Positions 1 through 10,500 of a stretch of DNA of 25,270 nt are shown one piece after another (the first letter of the stretch is position 1; each line of letters starts with the position of its first letter). The stretch covers positions 1-25,270 of the forward strand of contig JBIOXB010000076.1 of NCBI GenBank assembly GCA_044869275.1, written 5' to 3'. A program made the translations under genes and the position numbers. The DNA is from a bacterium (lineage in GTDB: Bacteria > Zhuqueibacterota > Zhuqueibacteria > Zhuqueibacterales > Zhuqueibacteraceae). The notes below the pieces were generated by a model. It was not told the DNA's origin. It did not search any database and saw only the letters and a list, made by a program, of their open reading frames with translations.

Positions 1-429
1 GGCAAAATTGCTTATGCCGCTCATGCGGCCGCGCACGTGCCGGTCAAGCCGCCCGCTTCTTGGAAGGATTTTCAGGCACAACGCACGCGCTATGCTTCGA
101 AAGGCAGATTTTATCCATGGCAAGTAACGCTGGCGTTGGCAGCAGTTTATGTTCTGAACCTGCTGCTGTGCCTCGGCGTTTTATCGATCTTTGCGAGTCA
201 GTTCGAACTCTTTGCCTGCGCTTTCATCTGCGGCGGGCTCAAAGCGGTTTTTGAATATGGCTATTTGCGCCAGGCCGCCGGCTGGTTCGAGGAAGAAGCA
301 TTGCTGCGTTACTTTCCGGTTGCCGCACTGCTGCATCCATTTTATTTAGTTTATTTCGCAACACGCGCGCAATTTGGAACTTTTTTCTGGCGCGGGGAGA
401 GATTTACAGCCCGCACCAGTCTCGCCTGA
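1..429 (+). CDS. Glycosyltransferase family 2, C-terminal part (5'-truncated by window)
   Basis: Frame 1 is open from base 1 (GKIAYAAHAAAHVPVKPPASWKDFQAQRTRYASK). QRxRY resembles the GT2 QxxRW motif. It is followed by hydrophobic helices and a terminal WRG motif. Confidence 0.75.
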   Translation, partial: GKIAYAAHAAAHVPVKPPASWKDFQAQRTRYASKGRFYPWQVTLALAAVYVLNLLLCLGVLSIFASQFELFACAFICGGLKAVFEYGYLRQAAGWFEEEALLRYFPVAALLHPFYLVYFATRAQFGTFFWRGERFTARTSLA

Positions 430-571
430 AATTCTGCAGGAGGGTCGCAACAATCTTTTGACCTCCAATTGACGGTTTTTATCATGCTTCACCATACGGC
501 ATTGCCTATGGTTTTACCTCTGTTTGCCGGAACAAAACTCCACCTTCCTCTTCTCAAAATGCCGGAAAACA

Positions 572-597
572 AAAAGCCTCTCATATGAGAGGCTTTT
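572..597. terminator. Probable bidirectional rho-independent terminator
   Basis: Perfect 26-bp palindrome AAAAGCCTCTCAT-ATGAGAGGCTTTT between convergent genes, with T-rich tails on both strands. Confidence 0.85.
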
Positions 598-617
598 GAT
601 TTTGCTGCCAGCGGAGT

Positions 618-1280
618 TCAAAACAACTTGATCTTCTTGGCAATTCTGCGCAGGCTGCGGCCGAATTTTTTGGGGCGGATGACGATGTGCCGGCTTTCGC
701 CTTCGCCGGCGGAGAGCGTTTCCACACTGCCGAATTCCTTGAGCAGGTTGTGCACGATGAAGCGCTCGTAGTTGCTCATCGGCGGCAGCGCGATTTCCTC
801 GCCGCGCTCGAGTGCCTCCTGCGCCTTGCCTTCCGCGAATTTTTTCAAATTGGCGACCGGAAAGACCCAAAGCACCTGGTCTTCGCCGTCGCGGTAGGTT
901 TTGGTCTCGAACAGCATCTTGCGGCGCTCGAAATACTGGTGAATCTGCTTGCGCTCGAACGGGGCCAGATCTGGCAAACGCAGCGGCTCATGCGACGCAT
1001 TCAACTTGCTTTCCGCGGCTTGAATCATCTCTTGAATGCGTGCATCGACTTCCGGCGGCTGTTCGCGAAAGCCGCGAGGCCCACGCCCGCCGCCTTCGCG
1101 ACGCCCTCGGCCATGGCCGCCGCCTTCCGGCCGGCGCCGCGGGCCATCGCGAAATCTCTTCGGCCGGTCCGCTTCGAAAGCGGCCCTGCTGGTGGACTCG
1201 GAGCTCTGCTCGAAATCATGCTTTGAAGCTTCGGGATGATCTCCCGCGCCAGCGGAAGAATCAGAATTGTTGGGTTCCAT
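618..1280 (-). CDS. Tandem R3H-domain nucleic-acid-binding protein (Jag/EloR/KhpB-related C-terminus)
   Basis: Two R-x3-H motifs: LPDLAPFERKQIH and LPPMSNYERFIVH...GEGESRHIVI. The N-terminus is Arg/Gly-rich. Start placed at ATG 1280, 6 nt after GAGG; 1283 and 1310 are alternatives. Confidence 0.8.
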   Translation of the reverse strand: MEPNNSDSSAGAGDHPEASKHDFEQSSESTSRAAFEADRPKRFRDGPRRRPEGGGHGRGRREGGGRGPRGFREQPPEVDARIQEMIQAAESKLNASHEPLRLPDLAPFERKQIHQYFERRKMLFETKTYRDGEDQVLWVFPVANLKKFAEGKAQEALERGEEIALPPMSNYERFIVHNLLKEFGSVETLSAGEGESRHIVIRPKKFGRSLRRIAKKIKLF

Positions 1281-1334
1281 CATATGCCTCGCACCACTTG
1301 ACCACGCCATAAAAGCGCAACGATGCTCCCCGGT

Positions 1335-2741
1335 TCATCGCGCGCCGTTGAGTTTATCGATCAAGAGCGCTGGCGTTCCCTCGAAATCGCCGTTGCTCAT
1401 GAAAAGCAAAACGTCGCCTTTTTTGAGATGGCGCCAAATATGGTTCGCCATTTCTTCACCGCTGGGCACCACCTCGACGCCAGCGCCCTGCGCGCGAATG
1501 CCTTCGACCACGGCCGGCAAGGAAAGCCGTTCCGCTTCCGGCACTTTGTCCGGCCGGTGCACCGGGGCAAACACCACGCGCTGCGCTGCGGAAAAAGCGT
1601 GGATGTATTCTTGCTCGAAAATTTTACGTTTGCCCGTGGCCGAGCGCGGCTCGAAAATCGCCCACAGGCGGCTTTCCGGAAAACGCTGCTGGAGCGCGGT
1701 GATCGTTTCGCGCACGGCGGTGGGATGATGCGCGAAATCGTCGAAAATTTTAAGGCCGTCACGGTCGTACAACAATTGCAGGCGGCGGCGCACATTTCTA
1801 AACGTTTGCAGCGCGGCGCTGGCTTGATCGAAAGAAATGCCGAGCACACTGGCGGCCGCCAGGACGGCAGTGGCGTTCTTGACATTGTGCTCGCCACTGA
1901 GCGGCACAAAGAATGGCCCGACCTTTTCATTTTGCCGCTGCACGCAAAATTGCGTGCCGCCTTCAAGCACGCGAATTTCCTGCGCGCGCCATTGCGCCTC
2001 CTCCCCGGTGCCAAAAGTGATGACGTTGGCGAAAGCCGCCGGCAGCATGCTGCGCACCGCCGGGTCATCGCTGCAGGCCACCAAGAAACCCCGTGCCGGA
2101 ACGAGATTGATCAACCGGCGAAACGCGATCTTGACATCGTCAAAACTGCGGTAAATATCGGCGTGATCGTATTCCACGTTGTTGAGAATCAGGAGTTGCG
2201 GCAGGTAATGCAGAAACTTCGGCCCTTTGTCGAAAAAGGCGGAATCATACTCGTCGCCTTCGAGCACGAAATGCCTGCCTTCACCCAACCGAAAACCTTG
2301 CCCGAAATTCTCCGGTATGCCGCCGATAAAAAAACCGGGCTCGAGCCCCGCGCAATACAGCGTCCAGGCCAGCAGGCTGCTGGTGGTGGTCTTGCCGTGC
2401 GTGCCGGCGACCACGCACGAGTATTTGCCGCGAATGAAGTGGTTCTTCAGCGTCTCGGGCAATGAAGCATAAGGGATTTGCTCATTCAAAACATACTCGA
2501 CTTCGGGATTGCCGCGTGACATGGCGTTGCCGATGATCACCAAATCCGGAGGCGGCTGCAAATGGGAGGGGTCGAAGCCTTGATAGAGGCGAATACCCAG
2601 CGACTCTAGAAACGTACTCATCGGCGGATACACATTCGCATCCGAGCCGGTGACGAGGCAGCCTCGCTGTTTGAGCATGCCGGCCAATGCCGCCATGCCC
2701 GTGCCGCAAATCGCGATGAGATGAATGCGCTGGGAGTTCAT
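1335..2741 (-). CDS. mpl: UDP-N-acetylmuramate:L-alanyl-gamma-D-glutamyl-meso-diaminopimelate ligase (murein peptide ligase)
   Basis: IHLIAICGTGM, YPPMST, GTHGKTTT, EGDEYDSAFFDK, DDFAHHPTA, FEPRSAT and MSNG motifs, which are typical of Mpl rather than MurC. Confidence 0.93.
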   Translation of the reverse strand: MNSQRIHLIAICGTGMAALAGMLKQRGCLVTGSDANVYPPMSTFLESLGIRLYQGFDPSHLQPPPDLVIIGNAMSRGNPEVEYVLNEQIPYASLPETLKNHFIRGKYSCVVAGTHGKTTTSSLLAWTLYCAGLEPGFFIGGIPENFGQGFRLGEGRHFVLEGDEYDSAFFDKGPKFLHYLPQLLILNNVEYDHADIYRSFDDVKIAFRRLINLVPARGFLVACSDDPAVRSMLPAAFANVITFGTGEEAQWRAQEIRVLEGGTQFCVQRQNEKVGPFFVPLSGEHNVKNATAVLAAASVLGISFDQASAALQTFRNVRRRLQLLYDRDGLKIFDDFAHHPTAVRETITALQQRFPESRLWAIFEPRSATGKRKIFEQEYIHAFSAAQRVVFAPVHRPDKVPEAERLSLPAVVEGIRAQGAGVEVVPSGEEMANHIWRHLKKGDVLLFMSNGDFEGTPALLIDKLNGAR

Positions 2742-3631
2742 TGTCCTCGCGTGGTGTCGGCCGCCGCTCTTCTCGTGCGGTAAGCGCCGCCCGGCCGTTC
2801 CGGAACTACGCCCTCGCGCGTGATCATCAGATTGGCGGGTTTGCCGCTCGGGCCGAGGTTTTCAAGATTTTTGCCGTTCAACCTCAAGCTCAGGGCGCTG
2901 ATGTTGCCTGCGCGCAACTTGAAACTTTCTTTGGCTTGCCAGGTTTGCGTGCTGCCTGCCGTATAAGTCGCTTCCACCGTATCTTTGCCATCGGCAATCA
3001 GTCGCATCCAAACCTGTGCATTGATTCTGGCTTCCAATGCCAGGCCCTGCGGCTCCAGCGTGGAATCCGGCTTGGCGTACGCCTGCTCTTGCTTCACCAT
3101 TTGATCCAAGGTCACTTCCGGGGCCGCTGGTTGCGAAGCGGTTGAAGATTCAATGGCGGTGCCGGAAAAACCGTCGTCCGAGTCACTTTGTCCCGAGCGC
3201 GACACGAGATAAAGCAAGAGCGCGATCGTCAAAATGATGCCCAGGCTGATGGCGATCTCGCGCGCATAGGGTACCCGGTCAAAGATCTCCGACGGTGCAT
3301 TACGAGGCGCGGCCGCTCGCGAGCGCCTGGCCACAGGCGGTGGCTGCTCCAGCCATTGGGACTCCGGTTCGGCAGGCACCGTCGCGGGCAAGCGTGTGGG
3401 CATGGCAAACTTCTCGCGCAGCGGCGCGATGATTTGTTCGCCATTCAATCCGACGAAATTTGCAAAGATTTTCGTGAACGCAATCACATAAGGCTTGGGC
3501 AGAAAATCAAATCTGCCTTGCTCAATGTCCTTCAAGTAAGCGAGACTGATGCGCAGGCGATGGGAAACTTCCTCGAGCGTGATGTTTTTCTCCAAACGTG
3601 CCTGCTTGATTTGTTCGCCGATTGTTATCAT
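2738..3631 (-). CDS. rodZ: RodZ-like protein (HTH, single TM helix, DUF4115)
   Basis: IGEQIKQARLEKNITLEEVS...YLKDIEQG HTH, TM segment IAISLGIILTIALLLYLV, and C-terminal VWMRLIADG...RAGN...LNGK. Start at ATG 3631 after GAAGGTG; the ORF extends to 3682. Confidence 0.85.
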   Translation of the reverse strand: MITIGEQIKQARLEKNITLEEVSHRLRISLAYLKDIEQGRFDFLPKPYVIAFTKIFANFVGLNGEQIIAPLREKFAMPTRLPATVPAEPESQWLEQPPPVARRSRAAAPRNAPSEIFDRVPYAREIAISLGIILTIALLLYLVSRSGQSDSDDGFSGTAIESSTASQPAAPEVTLDQMVKQEQAYAKPDSTLEPQGLALEARINAQVWMRLIADGKDTVEATYTAGSTQTWQAKESFKLRAGNISALSLRLNGKNLENLGPSGKPANLMITREGVVPERPGGAYRTRRAAADTTRGQ

Positions 3632-3690
3632 CACTTCACCTTCCGCCAAAACACTTCTTGAGTATTCGCCTCCCGTCGTCACGCCAAAGC

Positions 3691-4296
3691 TTACTGCATG
3701 CTACTTGCTTGCAAGAAATTCCGCAACGCCACGTAGAAACGCGTCAACGGAAAACCCACTACATTATAAAAGCAACCGTTGATGCGTTCCGTAAAAATCG
3801 CACTGAAATCCTGAATGCCATAGGCGCCGGCTTTGTCCATAGCTGCGCCGGTCTCGACGTAGGCTGCGATTTCCGCCGGCGTCAAGCGCCGGAAGGTGAC
3901 CTCGGTTTTTTCGACCTCGCTGATCTTGCGCTGAGAAGGTTGATCCACGATCGCGAAGCCGGTGTACACCTGATGCGTCCGCCCCGAAAGCAGGGCGAGC
4001 ATTTCGCGCGCTTGCGCGAGCGAAGCCGGCTTGCCGAGCACCTGCTGGTCCAACACCACGGTGGTGTCCGCGGCAATGACCAGTGCATTCGAGAATCTAT
4101 CGGCAACCGCGAGCGCTTTGCGTCGCGCCAATTGCTCCACCATGTCGTGCGGCGGGCAATGTCCTAAATCATCTTCCGGCGCAGCGCTGGCTTGCACGGT
4201 GAATTCCAGTCCGATCTTTTTCAGCAGCTCCGCGCGGCGTGGCGAGGCCGAAGCCAGAATCACCGGCTTGTTGGGAAGCGAAAACGGATATTTCAT
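3691..4296 (-). CDS. maf: Maf/YhdE nucleoside triphosphate pyrophosphatase
   Basis: ILASASPRR, AADT, LGKP, LSGRTH, DKAGAYGIQ and NVVGFP motifs. Confidence 0.95.
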   Translation of the reverse strand: MKYPFSLPNKPVILASASPRRAELLKKIGLEFTVQASAAPEDDLGHCPPHDMVEQLARRKALAVADRFSNALVIAADTTVVLDQQVLGKPASLAQAREMLALLSGRTHQVYTGFAIVDQPSQRKISEVEKTEVTFRRLTPAEIAAYVETGAAMDKAGAYGIQDFSAIFTERINGCFYNVVGFPLTRFYVALRNFLQASSMQ

Positions 4297-4760
4297 GGCG
4301 CTGGTTCCGGCGCAGCTTTTGCGGGAGATTCGAGCATGAAAGTGGCCGGACCGTCATTATGAATTTCGACCAGCATCATCGCCCCAAAAACTCCCTGCGC
4401 CACCTGGATTGGATGTTTTTGCAGTTCTTCGATAAAAATCCGGTAAAGCGGCTCCGCCGTTTCCGGCCGCGCTGCGGCCTCGAATCCCGGCCGCCGGCCT
4501 TTGCGCGTGTCGCCATAGAGCGTGAATTGTGAAATGACCAGAGCACCTCCTCCTGTTTCCAGAAGGGCCCGGTTGAAATAACCGCTCTCATCCGGAAAGA
4601 CGCGCAACTGCACGCATTTGTCGGCCAGATAACGTGCCTCTGCGGGACTGTCGGTCTTGGCAATACCCAGCAAAATCACCAAGCCCGCGTCGATTTTCCC
4701 GACGACTTTGCCGTCCACAGAAACGGCGCCCTTTTTTACTCTCTGCAATAATGCCCGCAT
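4293..4760 (-). CDS. dtd: D-aminoacyl-tRNA deacylase
   Basis: MRALLQRV start, SQFTL, KGRRP, FGAMM and NDGP motifs. The true start is ATG 4760 inside the longer 4293..5327 ORF. Confidence 0.95.
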   Translation of the reverse strand: MRALLQRVKKGAVSVDGKVVGKIDAGLVILLGIAKTDSPAEARYLADKCVQLRVFPDESGYFNRALLETGGGALVISQFTLYGDTRKGRRPGFEAAARPETAEPLYRIFIEELQKHPIQVAQGVFGAMMLVEIHNDGPATFMLESPAKAAPEPAP

Positions 4761-4813
4761 ATTTCTTGCAGCTGCCCGGAAGCTTTGCGCCTCCGGGCGA
4801 AGTCTCAATTCCT

Positions 4814-5695
4814 TCAAAACGAACCCAAGAAAATCGCCAGCAATCCCACCAGCATGCCGGCCTTGAGCACCTGGCTCGTGCGGCGCATGTGCCGCACTTC
4901 CGGCTTGCGCCACACCGTGCACAGGGCGTATCCCAACACCGGATAGACTCCAGCCAACACGCACCACAAATAAGGCTCGCGGTAATAACCAAGCGCGAAG
5001 GGAACGAGGGCGGCGGCAGCCAGCAGCACGAAGGCCGCGGTGGCCACGACTTGCGCCGTTTTCAAGCCATACGCCAAAGGCAGCGTGCGCGCCCGCGCCG
5101 CGCGATCGCCAGCTTGATCTTCGATGTCTTTCACGATCTCCCGGCCAAAATGAAACAGAAAGGCGAGCAGGGCGGGAAACATTCCAGCGCGCCATGCGGC
5201 AGGTGCGAGAGCAGAGGAGGTCGTGTGATGTGCTTCGACGCAGGCTGCAAACGCGCCGAAAATGAAGGCAAGAGCCGTGATCAAACTGACGGCCAAATTC
5301 CCGATGACGGGCTGTCGTTTGAACCAAAGACTATAAGCGATCACAATGATGGTGCTTCCACATGCAATGCACAATGCTGGCAAGTTAATGAATATACTAA
5401 AAAATATTCCGCAAACAAATAGAATTATCGTGTAGAGCTGCGCCGCGCGCCATGAGATGCGGCCGGCAGGCAGCATGCGCTCAGGTCTATTGATCCGATC
5501 GATGGCCAAATCGCACAGGTCGTTGATCACATTCGCGCCCGCGGTGATGAACATGCCCGAAAGTACCGCAAACCACACCGTGCGGCAGGCGACGGAAATA
5601 CTCGCCAATGCCGCCGCCAGCAAAACAGAAAGACCGGTGATCGCGACGTTCAATGGCCGCGTAATGGAGAGCCAGGCGCCTGCCGTGCGCATCAT
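4814..5695 (-). CDS. UbiA-family prenyltransferase, geranylgeranylglycerol-phosphate geranylgeranyltransferase (DGGGP synthase)-like
   Basis: TRPLN, NDLCDLAIDRINRPERMLPAG (NDxxDxxxD), YSLWFKRQPVIGN and REIVKDIEDQAGD motifs, with multiple TM helices. Start 5695/5692, or 5737. Confidence 0.85.
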   Translation of the reverse strand: MMRTAGAWLSITRPLNVAITGLSVLLAAALASISVACRTVWFAVLSGMFITAGANVINDLCDLAIDRINRPERMLPAGRISWRAAQLYTIILFVCGIFFSIFINLPALCIACGSTIIVIAYSLWFKRQPVIGNLAVSLITALAFIFGAFAACVEAHHTTSSALAPAAWRAGMFPALLAFLFHFGREIVKDIEDQAGDRAARARTLPLAYGLKTAQVVATAAFVLLAAAALVPFALGYYREPYLWCVLAGVYPVLGYALCTVWRKPEVRHMRRTSQVLKAGMLVGLLAIFLGSF

Positions 5696-5745
5696 GCCGA
5701 GATTCCAAAAACAAGCGGAAGTGAAATGCAGGAACATAAAGCTTT

Positions 5746-5774
5746 AACTTATCGCAATCTCATCTGAATGTCAA
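5746..5774 (-). promoter_or_regulatory. Sigma70-type promoter for the prenyltransferase-dtd-maf-rodZ-mpl run
   Basis: Minus strand reads TTGACA-17 nt-TAAGTT in the intergenic gap. Confidence 0.65.
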
Positions 5775-5788
5775 GCCTCGGGTGCATT

Positions 5789-7579
5789 CTAAAAGCTATT
5801 CACCAAGCTCACATGCACCTTGCCATTGAGCCAATCGTCCCCTTTGCCGATACCATAGTCCAATCCCACGACGCCAATCGGAGAATCCAGCCGAACCCCG
5901 AGGCCATAAGAGATTTTTACCTCCTCGCTGGTGATCTTGCCCGCGTTCGCCGGCGCTGCTTCTTCGCGAAAATAATAGCCCAGATCGCAAAACATGAAGG
6001 CGCGCGAACGCCGTGCCAACAAATACCGATATTCTATATTGCTCCAGGCCACGCGCGATCCGCGAAATTCGTCCTCCCGATAACCGCGCAACGTCGTGGC
6101 GCCGCCGAAGCGAATTTGATCCGTGATGGAAACAAACGGCTCGTCGGAGGTGACCTGCCGGCCATGCACGGCGAAGCTCACCACTTGCGGCCAAAACGTG
6201 GGCGCGAGCGCGTGAAAGTCCACGGTGACTTGCTGGCGGGTGAACCTTTGCGCGACGGCTGAAGTATCAAGGCGCTTTTGGCCATATGCCAGTGTCGTTG
6301 CAAAATAAATGCCTTTTTGCGGATTGACGAGATCGTCGCGCGAATCGTAGCGCCATCCTGCCAGGAAGTTCGTGGTGCTGCTGCCCGGCACTTGGAGGCG
6401 CAATGCCGCCAGCGAATCCGGGGAGACGCTTTCACGCGCCACCGCGCCGAGCAAAGTGATGCGCTCCGCCCAAGGCACCATTTCCAGCGTGAAATCCCAT
6501 TTGCGTTCCACGTACAAGGTGTCTTGAATCAACTGTTGAAAGCCGCCGGAAACGTGCAGAGGATAGGCGAAGATCCAGGGCTCACGATAGCGCAAGCCCA
6601 GCTCCTGCGTTTCGATTCCCCGTTTTTCCCAGCGCGCACTGAACGCCCGGCCGGTGCCGAGGAGATTATTGAAGTGCACATCAATTAGGCCGGTGAAATA
6701 TCCCTGCTGCGTTCCCGCGGCAGGATTATACCCGGCCACGCCATTAAGAAAATTGCTGTTGCCCTCTTGGACTTCGATCAGCAAGAGATAGCGGCCGCGG
6801 CCGTCCATCAGCAATTCCGGCGGCGCCACCGACTGCAAGAACCCTAGACGCATGAGCCTCTCGGGGATTTTTTGCACCTCTTCGAGATTAAATTTTCCAC
6901 CGGCTTGTACCGGGAGCTCGCGCAACAAAACCTTGGGCTGGGAGAATTTATTGCCGCGAATCAAAATCGAGTCGATGGCCACGAGCGGGCCGGGCACAAA
7001 GCTGAGATAGAGGCGCGCTTGGCGGCGCTCGGCATCTTCTTCATGATGGACTGAATCCAACTGAAATGCCGCTAGCGGATAACCTCGGCAGCCAAAATCA
7101 TACAGCACATTTTCCAAACGTCGCCGCCACTCGTTTTCGTCGTGACGCCCTCGCAACTCGCGCTCAAGGTATTTGTCAGCAGTGCTGCTGTCGCGCCAGG
7201 TGGTGGTGACGTGTAACTCTGTAGGTGTGCCGAGATAAAAGTAAAAATCGATTGTTTGATTGTCCGATTTGTCGCGACGCAATACTTTTGCGCTATCCAG
7301 GCGGGCGCCATAATAGCGCTGCGCGCGTAAATATTCCCACACCCGGCGCAAGCCACTTTCGATGTCCTGACGCTGCAATGCTTCGGCTTTGCTGAAGCCG
7401 GCTAGGCTTTCGAGTTGCGCACCGGCTTTTTTATTCTCACCCAGAACACGCGCGCGATAAAGCAGGCTGTCTGCTGGTGATTGCGCGAGAGCATGCACTT
7501 GCCCCAAGATGAAAGCGGCCAAGAGCAGGTGCCACGGTCTCAACAATTTTTTCATGCGCATTTCATTCATGAACGGCAT
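5789..7579 (-). CDS. Omp85-superfamily (BamA/TamA-like) outer membrane protein with POTRA domain(s)
   Basis: Signal peptide MKKLLRPWHLLLAAFILGQVHALA, POTRA segment IDSILIRGNKFSQPKVLLREL, NNLLGTGR, YREPW, loop motif GGATTLRGY, GLGVRLDSPIG and C-terminal Phe. Start 7579 (TAATG overlap) or 7555. Confidence 0.88.
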   Translation of the reverse strand: MPFMNEMRMKKLLRPWHLLLAAFILGQVHALAQSPADSLLYRARVLGENKKAGAQLESLAGFSKAEALQRQDIESGLRRVWEYLRAQRYYGARLDSAKVLRRDKSDNQTIDFYFYLGTPTELHVTTTWRDSSTADKYLERELRGRHDENEWRRRLENVLYDFGCRGYPLAAFQLDSVHHEEDAERRQARLYLSFVPGPLVAIDSILIRGNKFSQPKVLLRELPVQAGGKFNLEEVQKIPERLMRLGFLQSVAPPELLMDGRGRYLLLIEVQEGNSNFLNGVAGYNPAAGTQQGYFTGLIDVHFNNLLGTGRAFSARWEKRGIETQELGLRYREPWIFAYPLHVSGGFQQLIQDTLYVERKWDFTLEMVPWAERITLLGAVARESVSPDSLAALRLQVPGSSTTNFLAGWRYDSRDDLVNPQKGIYFATTLAYGQKRLDTSAVAQRFTRQQVTVDFHALAPTFWPQVVSFAVHGRQVTSDEPFVSITDQIRFGGATTLRGYREDEFRGSRVAWSNIEYRYLLARRSRAFMFCDLGYYFREEAAPANAGKITSEEVKISYGLGVRLDSPIGVVGLDYGIGKGDDWLNGKVHVSLVNSF

Positions 7580-10500
7580 TAGAAGAATAACCGCATTTCC
7601 ATTTTACCCAAATGCGCTGTGCGCGGCAGGCCGGGCTCGCGGCGGCCGAGATAGGTCAACGACACATTGATGTTGCTGGCGACGCGATACTCAAAAGCCG
7701 CATTCCAGCGAATGGTCGTGCCCGCGCGATTGCCCTTCGCCATTTCATAAGGAATGGTCGCCCCGGCCGGATCCGCCGAGATTCGTATCCATTCGAATTC
7801 ACCCCGCCAGCGTCCTTTGCCGCGCCAAGAATATGTCACGCGCGGCCGCAGCAAGAACCCATACACGGTGAGTGTTTGCTGCGGCGGCGTGGCATTGAGA
7901 TCGCGGTCATAAATCAAACCGAGGGCGTTGGCCACTTCCAGAATCGTTTTCGGGCGGTAGGATAACTCGAAATCGGCCTGGCGAATGCGCAGCTTGCGGT
8001 TGGCGCGGCCGGAAATATCGTAGGTTAGATCTTCATTGCTTAGGCGCAACTCGGTTTGGGTGCCGAGTTGGGGCGAAAGCGCCGCGAGCAGGCGAATCTC
8101 GTGCTGCATCTGCCGGCGTTTGCTGCTGCCTTCCAAAAACTGATTGTTGAGGTCGCGCAGCGCCGTCACGCGGTAGCGCAGAGATTTGTCGCGCCGGTTT
8201 TCCCAAAGAAAAAAATCCTGCTGCACGCTTTGCAGTCCAAAAAGCGTGGTGGAATCATTCAAAAACTTGGAGAGCTGCAGGCGGTAGATTTCCCAGACCT
8301 CGCTCTCCTGGGTTTTTTCTTCCAAGCGCACAAAAGTCTCCATCGAAAGCGCGGACAACGTGCGCCGCCACCACGCCGCTGGCCTGCCGGGCTTTTCCGC
8401 GTCCGGTTTCGCGGCCGAAAAAAACTGATCGAATTTCAAACGCAACTTGCCGCGCAAGCGGACTTCGACGATGGGAATGAATTCTTCCGTGTTCAATACC
8501 CGCAAAATGTAATCACCGAAAACAGGGTCAGGAACGTACTGCTTCAAATCCGGATCGAAGCGATAGTTGCCTTCTCCGCGCGGGACTTGAAGGAAAATCC
8601 GCTCCTGTTTCGAAGCTTGCGTGTTGGTGATTTGATAGAATCCGTCGGCCGTCAGGGCGCGGCGAAAAGGCGCGAATTGCATTTGCAAATCCGCGAGATC
8701 CGAGCGCGTGTCGCTCGCGCCGGCGTCTTTGAAATCCCGCTCCCGGTGAGTAAGATTCATGCCGACGGCCAGCGTTTTCCATTGCGCCAGATTGAGCGAA
8801 TAGTTTTGGCTCCAGGAAGTTGATTTGGGAATCAAGCCGGTATGGAGGCGCGTATCGTCATCGCGTTTGTTCCATGAGGTCGCGAGGCTCAAATGCCTGG
8901 TGGTTTGCCAGCCGAGTCCCGCGGTCACGCTTTCGAAGCGAAAGCCCGCGGTGGTGTCCGCGCTTTCATCCTTGCGATCCTCGGCTTCGTATCCTGCCAG
9001 GGGTTTGAGTCTTCCCAAAGTCCAGCTGAGCGTGCCGCGCTGCCGCAGCCAGGAAGATGCCGGGCCCGCGCTCGTCGAGTCAACAGCTTCATCGCGCGCG
9101 ATGTTCTCGATTTGATATCTTAATTCCGGCCAGCGCGGTTTAATGAGCGCAGTGCCGGCTTCCCAGCGCCGGGATTTTTCCTGCGCGCCGCGCTCCAGGC
9201 TGCCCACATTGCCGAAGAATCTCCAGCCCGTCACCGGCAGATAAGTCAGTGCAGATTCCAGAATTCTCTCCTGCGCCAGTTCCGCAGCAGAAAGATTCCA
9301 GCGTCGGTTGAATTCGACTACGTCGCTGCGATCGATGTCGCGATAATTCGTATCTTTGTTGCGATAAAACAACTGCCACGACATTCGTCCCGGCGAAAAC
9401 TTTCCAAATTGCAGCGGCCGCTCCTCGATCTGCAGGCGCGTCAGCCAGGCACGGCCGGTGTTGTCTTGATCGTCCAAACTCGAGTACAAATTCAAGTCCA
9501 GGCGGCTAATCGCCAATTCGTTGATCCACTGCACGCCACGCCAGGGTTGCAGCACCAGCCGGTTGTCCCAAACTTCCTGCCGTTCTGCCGGCGTCAGCAA
9601 AATCACCGGCAAATAGCGGCCCTGCTGCTTGCCGATGAATTGATAGTGGCCGAAGCTCACGTACTGGTAGTCGCCGCTGCCCTGGCCCACGTCGCTGAAG
9701 GTAACGTCGTAATCGCCGGAATCCTGGCCGGCATAAACCCAGATCGAATCTTGCTTGAAATAATCGCCGCGCTCGGGTGGAATGGCCAGGCGCGCGCCCT
9801 CGCGATAGGCGAGGTTGTCACCCGCGGCCGCGAGCGCAGCTTGATCGCTTTCCGAAAGCGAAACGCCGAGCGGATTGTTTTGGTCATCGCCTTCGCGCAA
9901 GAACGTGGTTTGGAAATCCACCTTGCGCTGCCAGGCCGAGGCGCGGCCCTGCGCGCTGTACAAGCTGCGGCGAAAGCTTTCGTCGGAATATTGAAAATCT
10001 ACCGTGATGCGCGAATCGGCCGTGATCAGGCGCCGGCGGGTGAAAGTGATTTGGCCGTTGCCGTACTCAATGACGTAATCATTGTTTTCGCCGCGCGTCA
10101 TGAGCTCGCCGTCGATCCAAACGCGCTCCGTGCCCGCCAGCACGATGACGTCAATCTGCCCGCGCTCGCCTTTTAATTGATACGGGCCTTGATTGCCTTC
10201 GAGGCCAAGAAATTCATTGGTGACGAATTGGCCGCGCGAGGTCGCACCGGAGACGGTCAAGCCGAGAGCCGAAGACGGAAGTCGAATCAGGGCGCCGCCG
10301 GCTTCAGTGCGAGCGCCAAGCTCCAGTTTTGCGCCCTGCAATTTGCGTGAATAGCGCGCGAACTCGCTGCCGCCGTATTGAATCTCGAAATCGCCCAGCG
10401 TGGCGGCAAAACGCTCGCTGCGCAGCAGCACGGCGACTTTGTCGATTTCACTCAACGTCTGCGTATTGCCTTCCGGCTGGATCGGCGTGTTTTGATCGCT

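Noticed and set aside
1323..2465. 380-aa plus-strand ORF
   Set aside because: Antisense shadow of mpl with no recognisable motifs.
4761..5327. N-terminal extension of the 344-aa ORF suggesting a dtd fusion
   Set aside because: It overlaps the prenyltransferase in another frame. Dtd homology begins at MRALLQRV (4760).
8056..10176. Two 255-aa plus-strand ORFs
   Set aside because: Antisense to the large OMP gene and expected from GC-rich codon bias.
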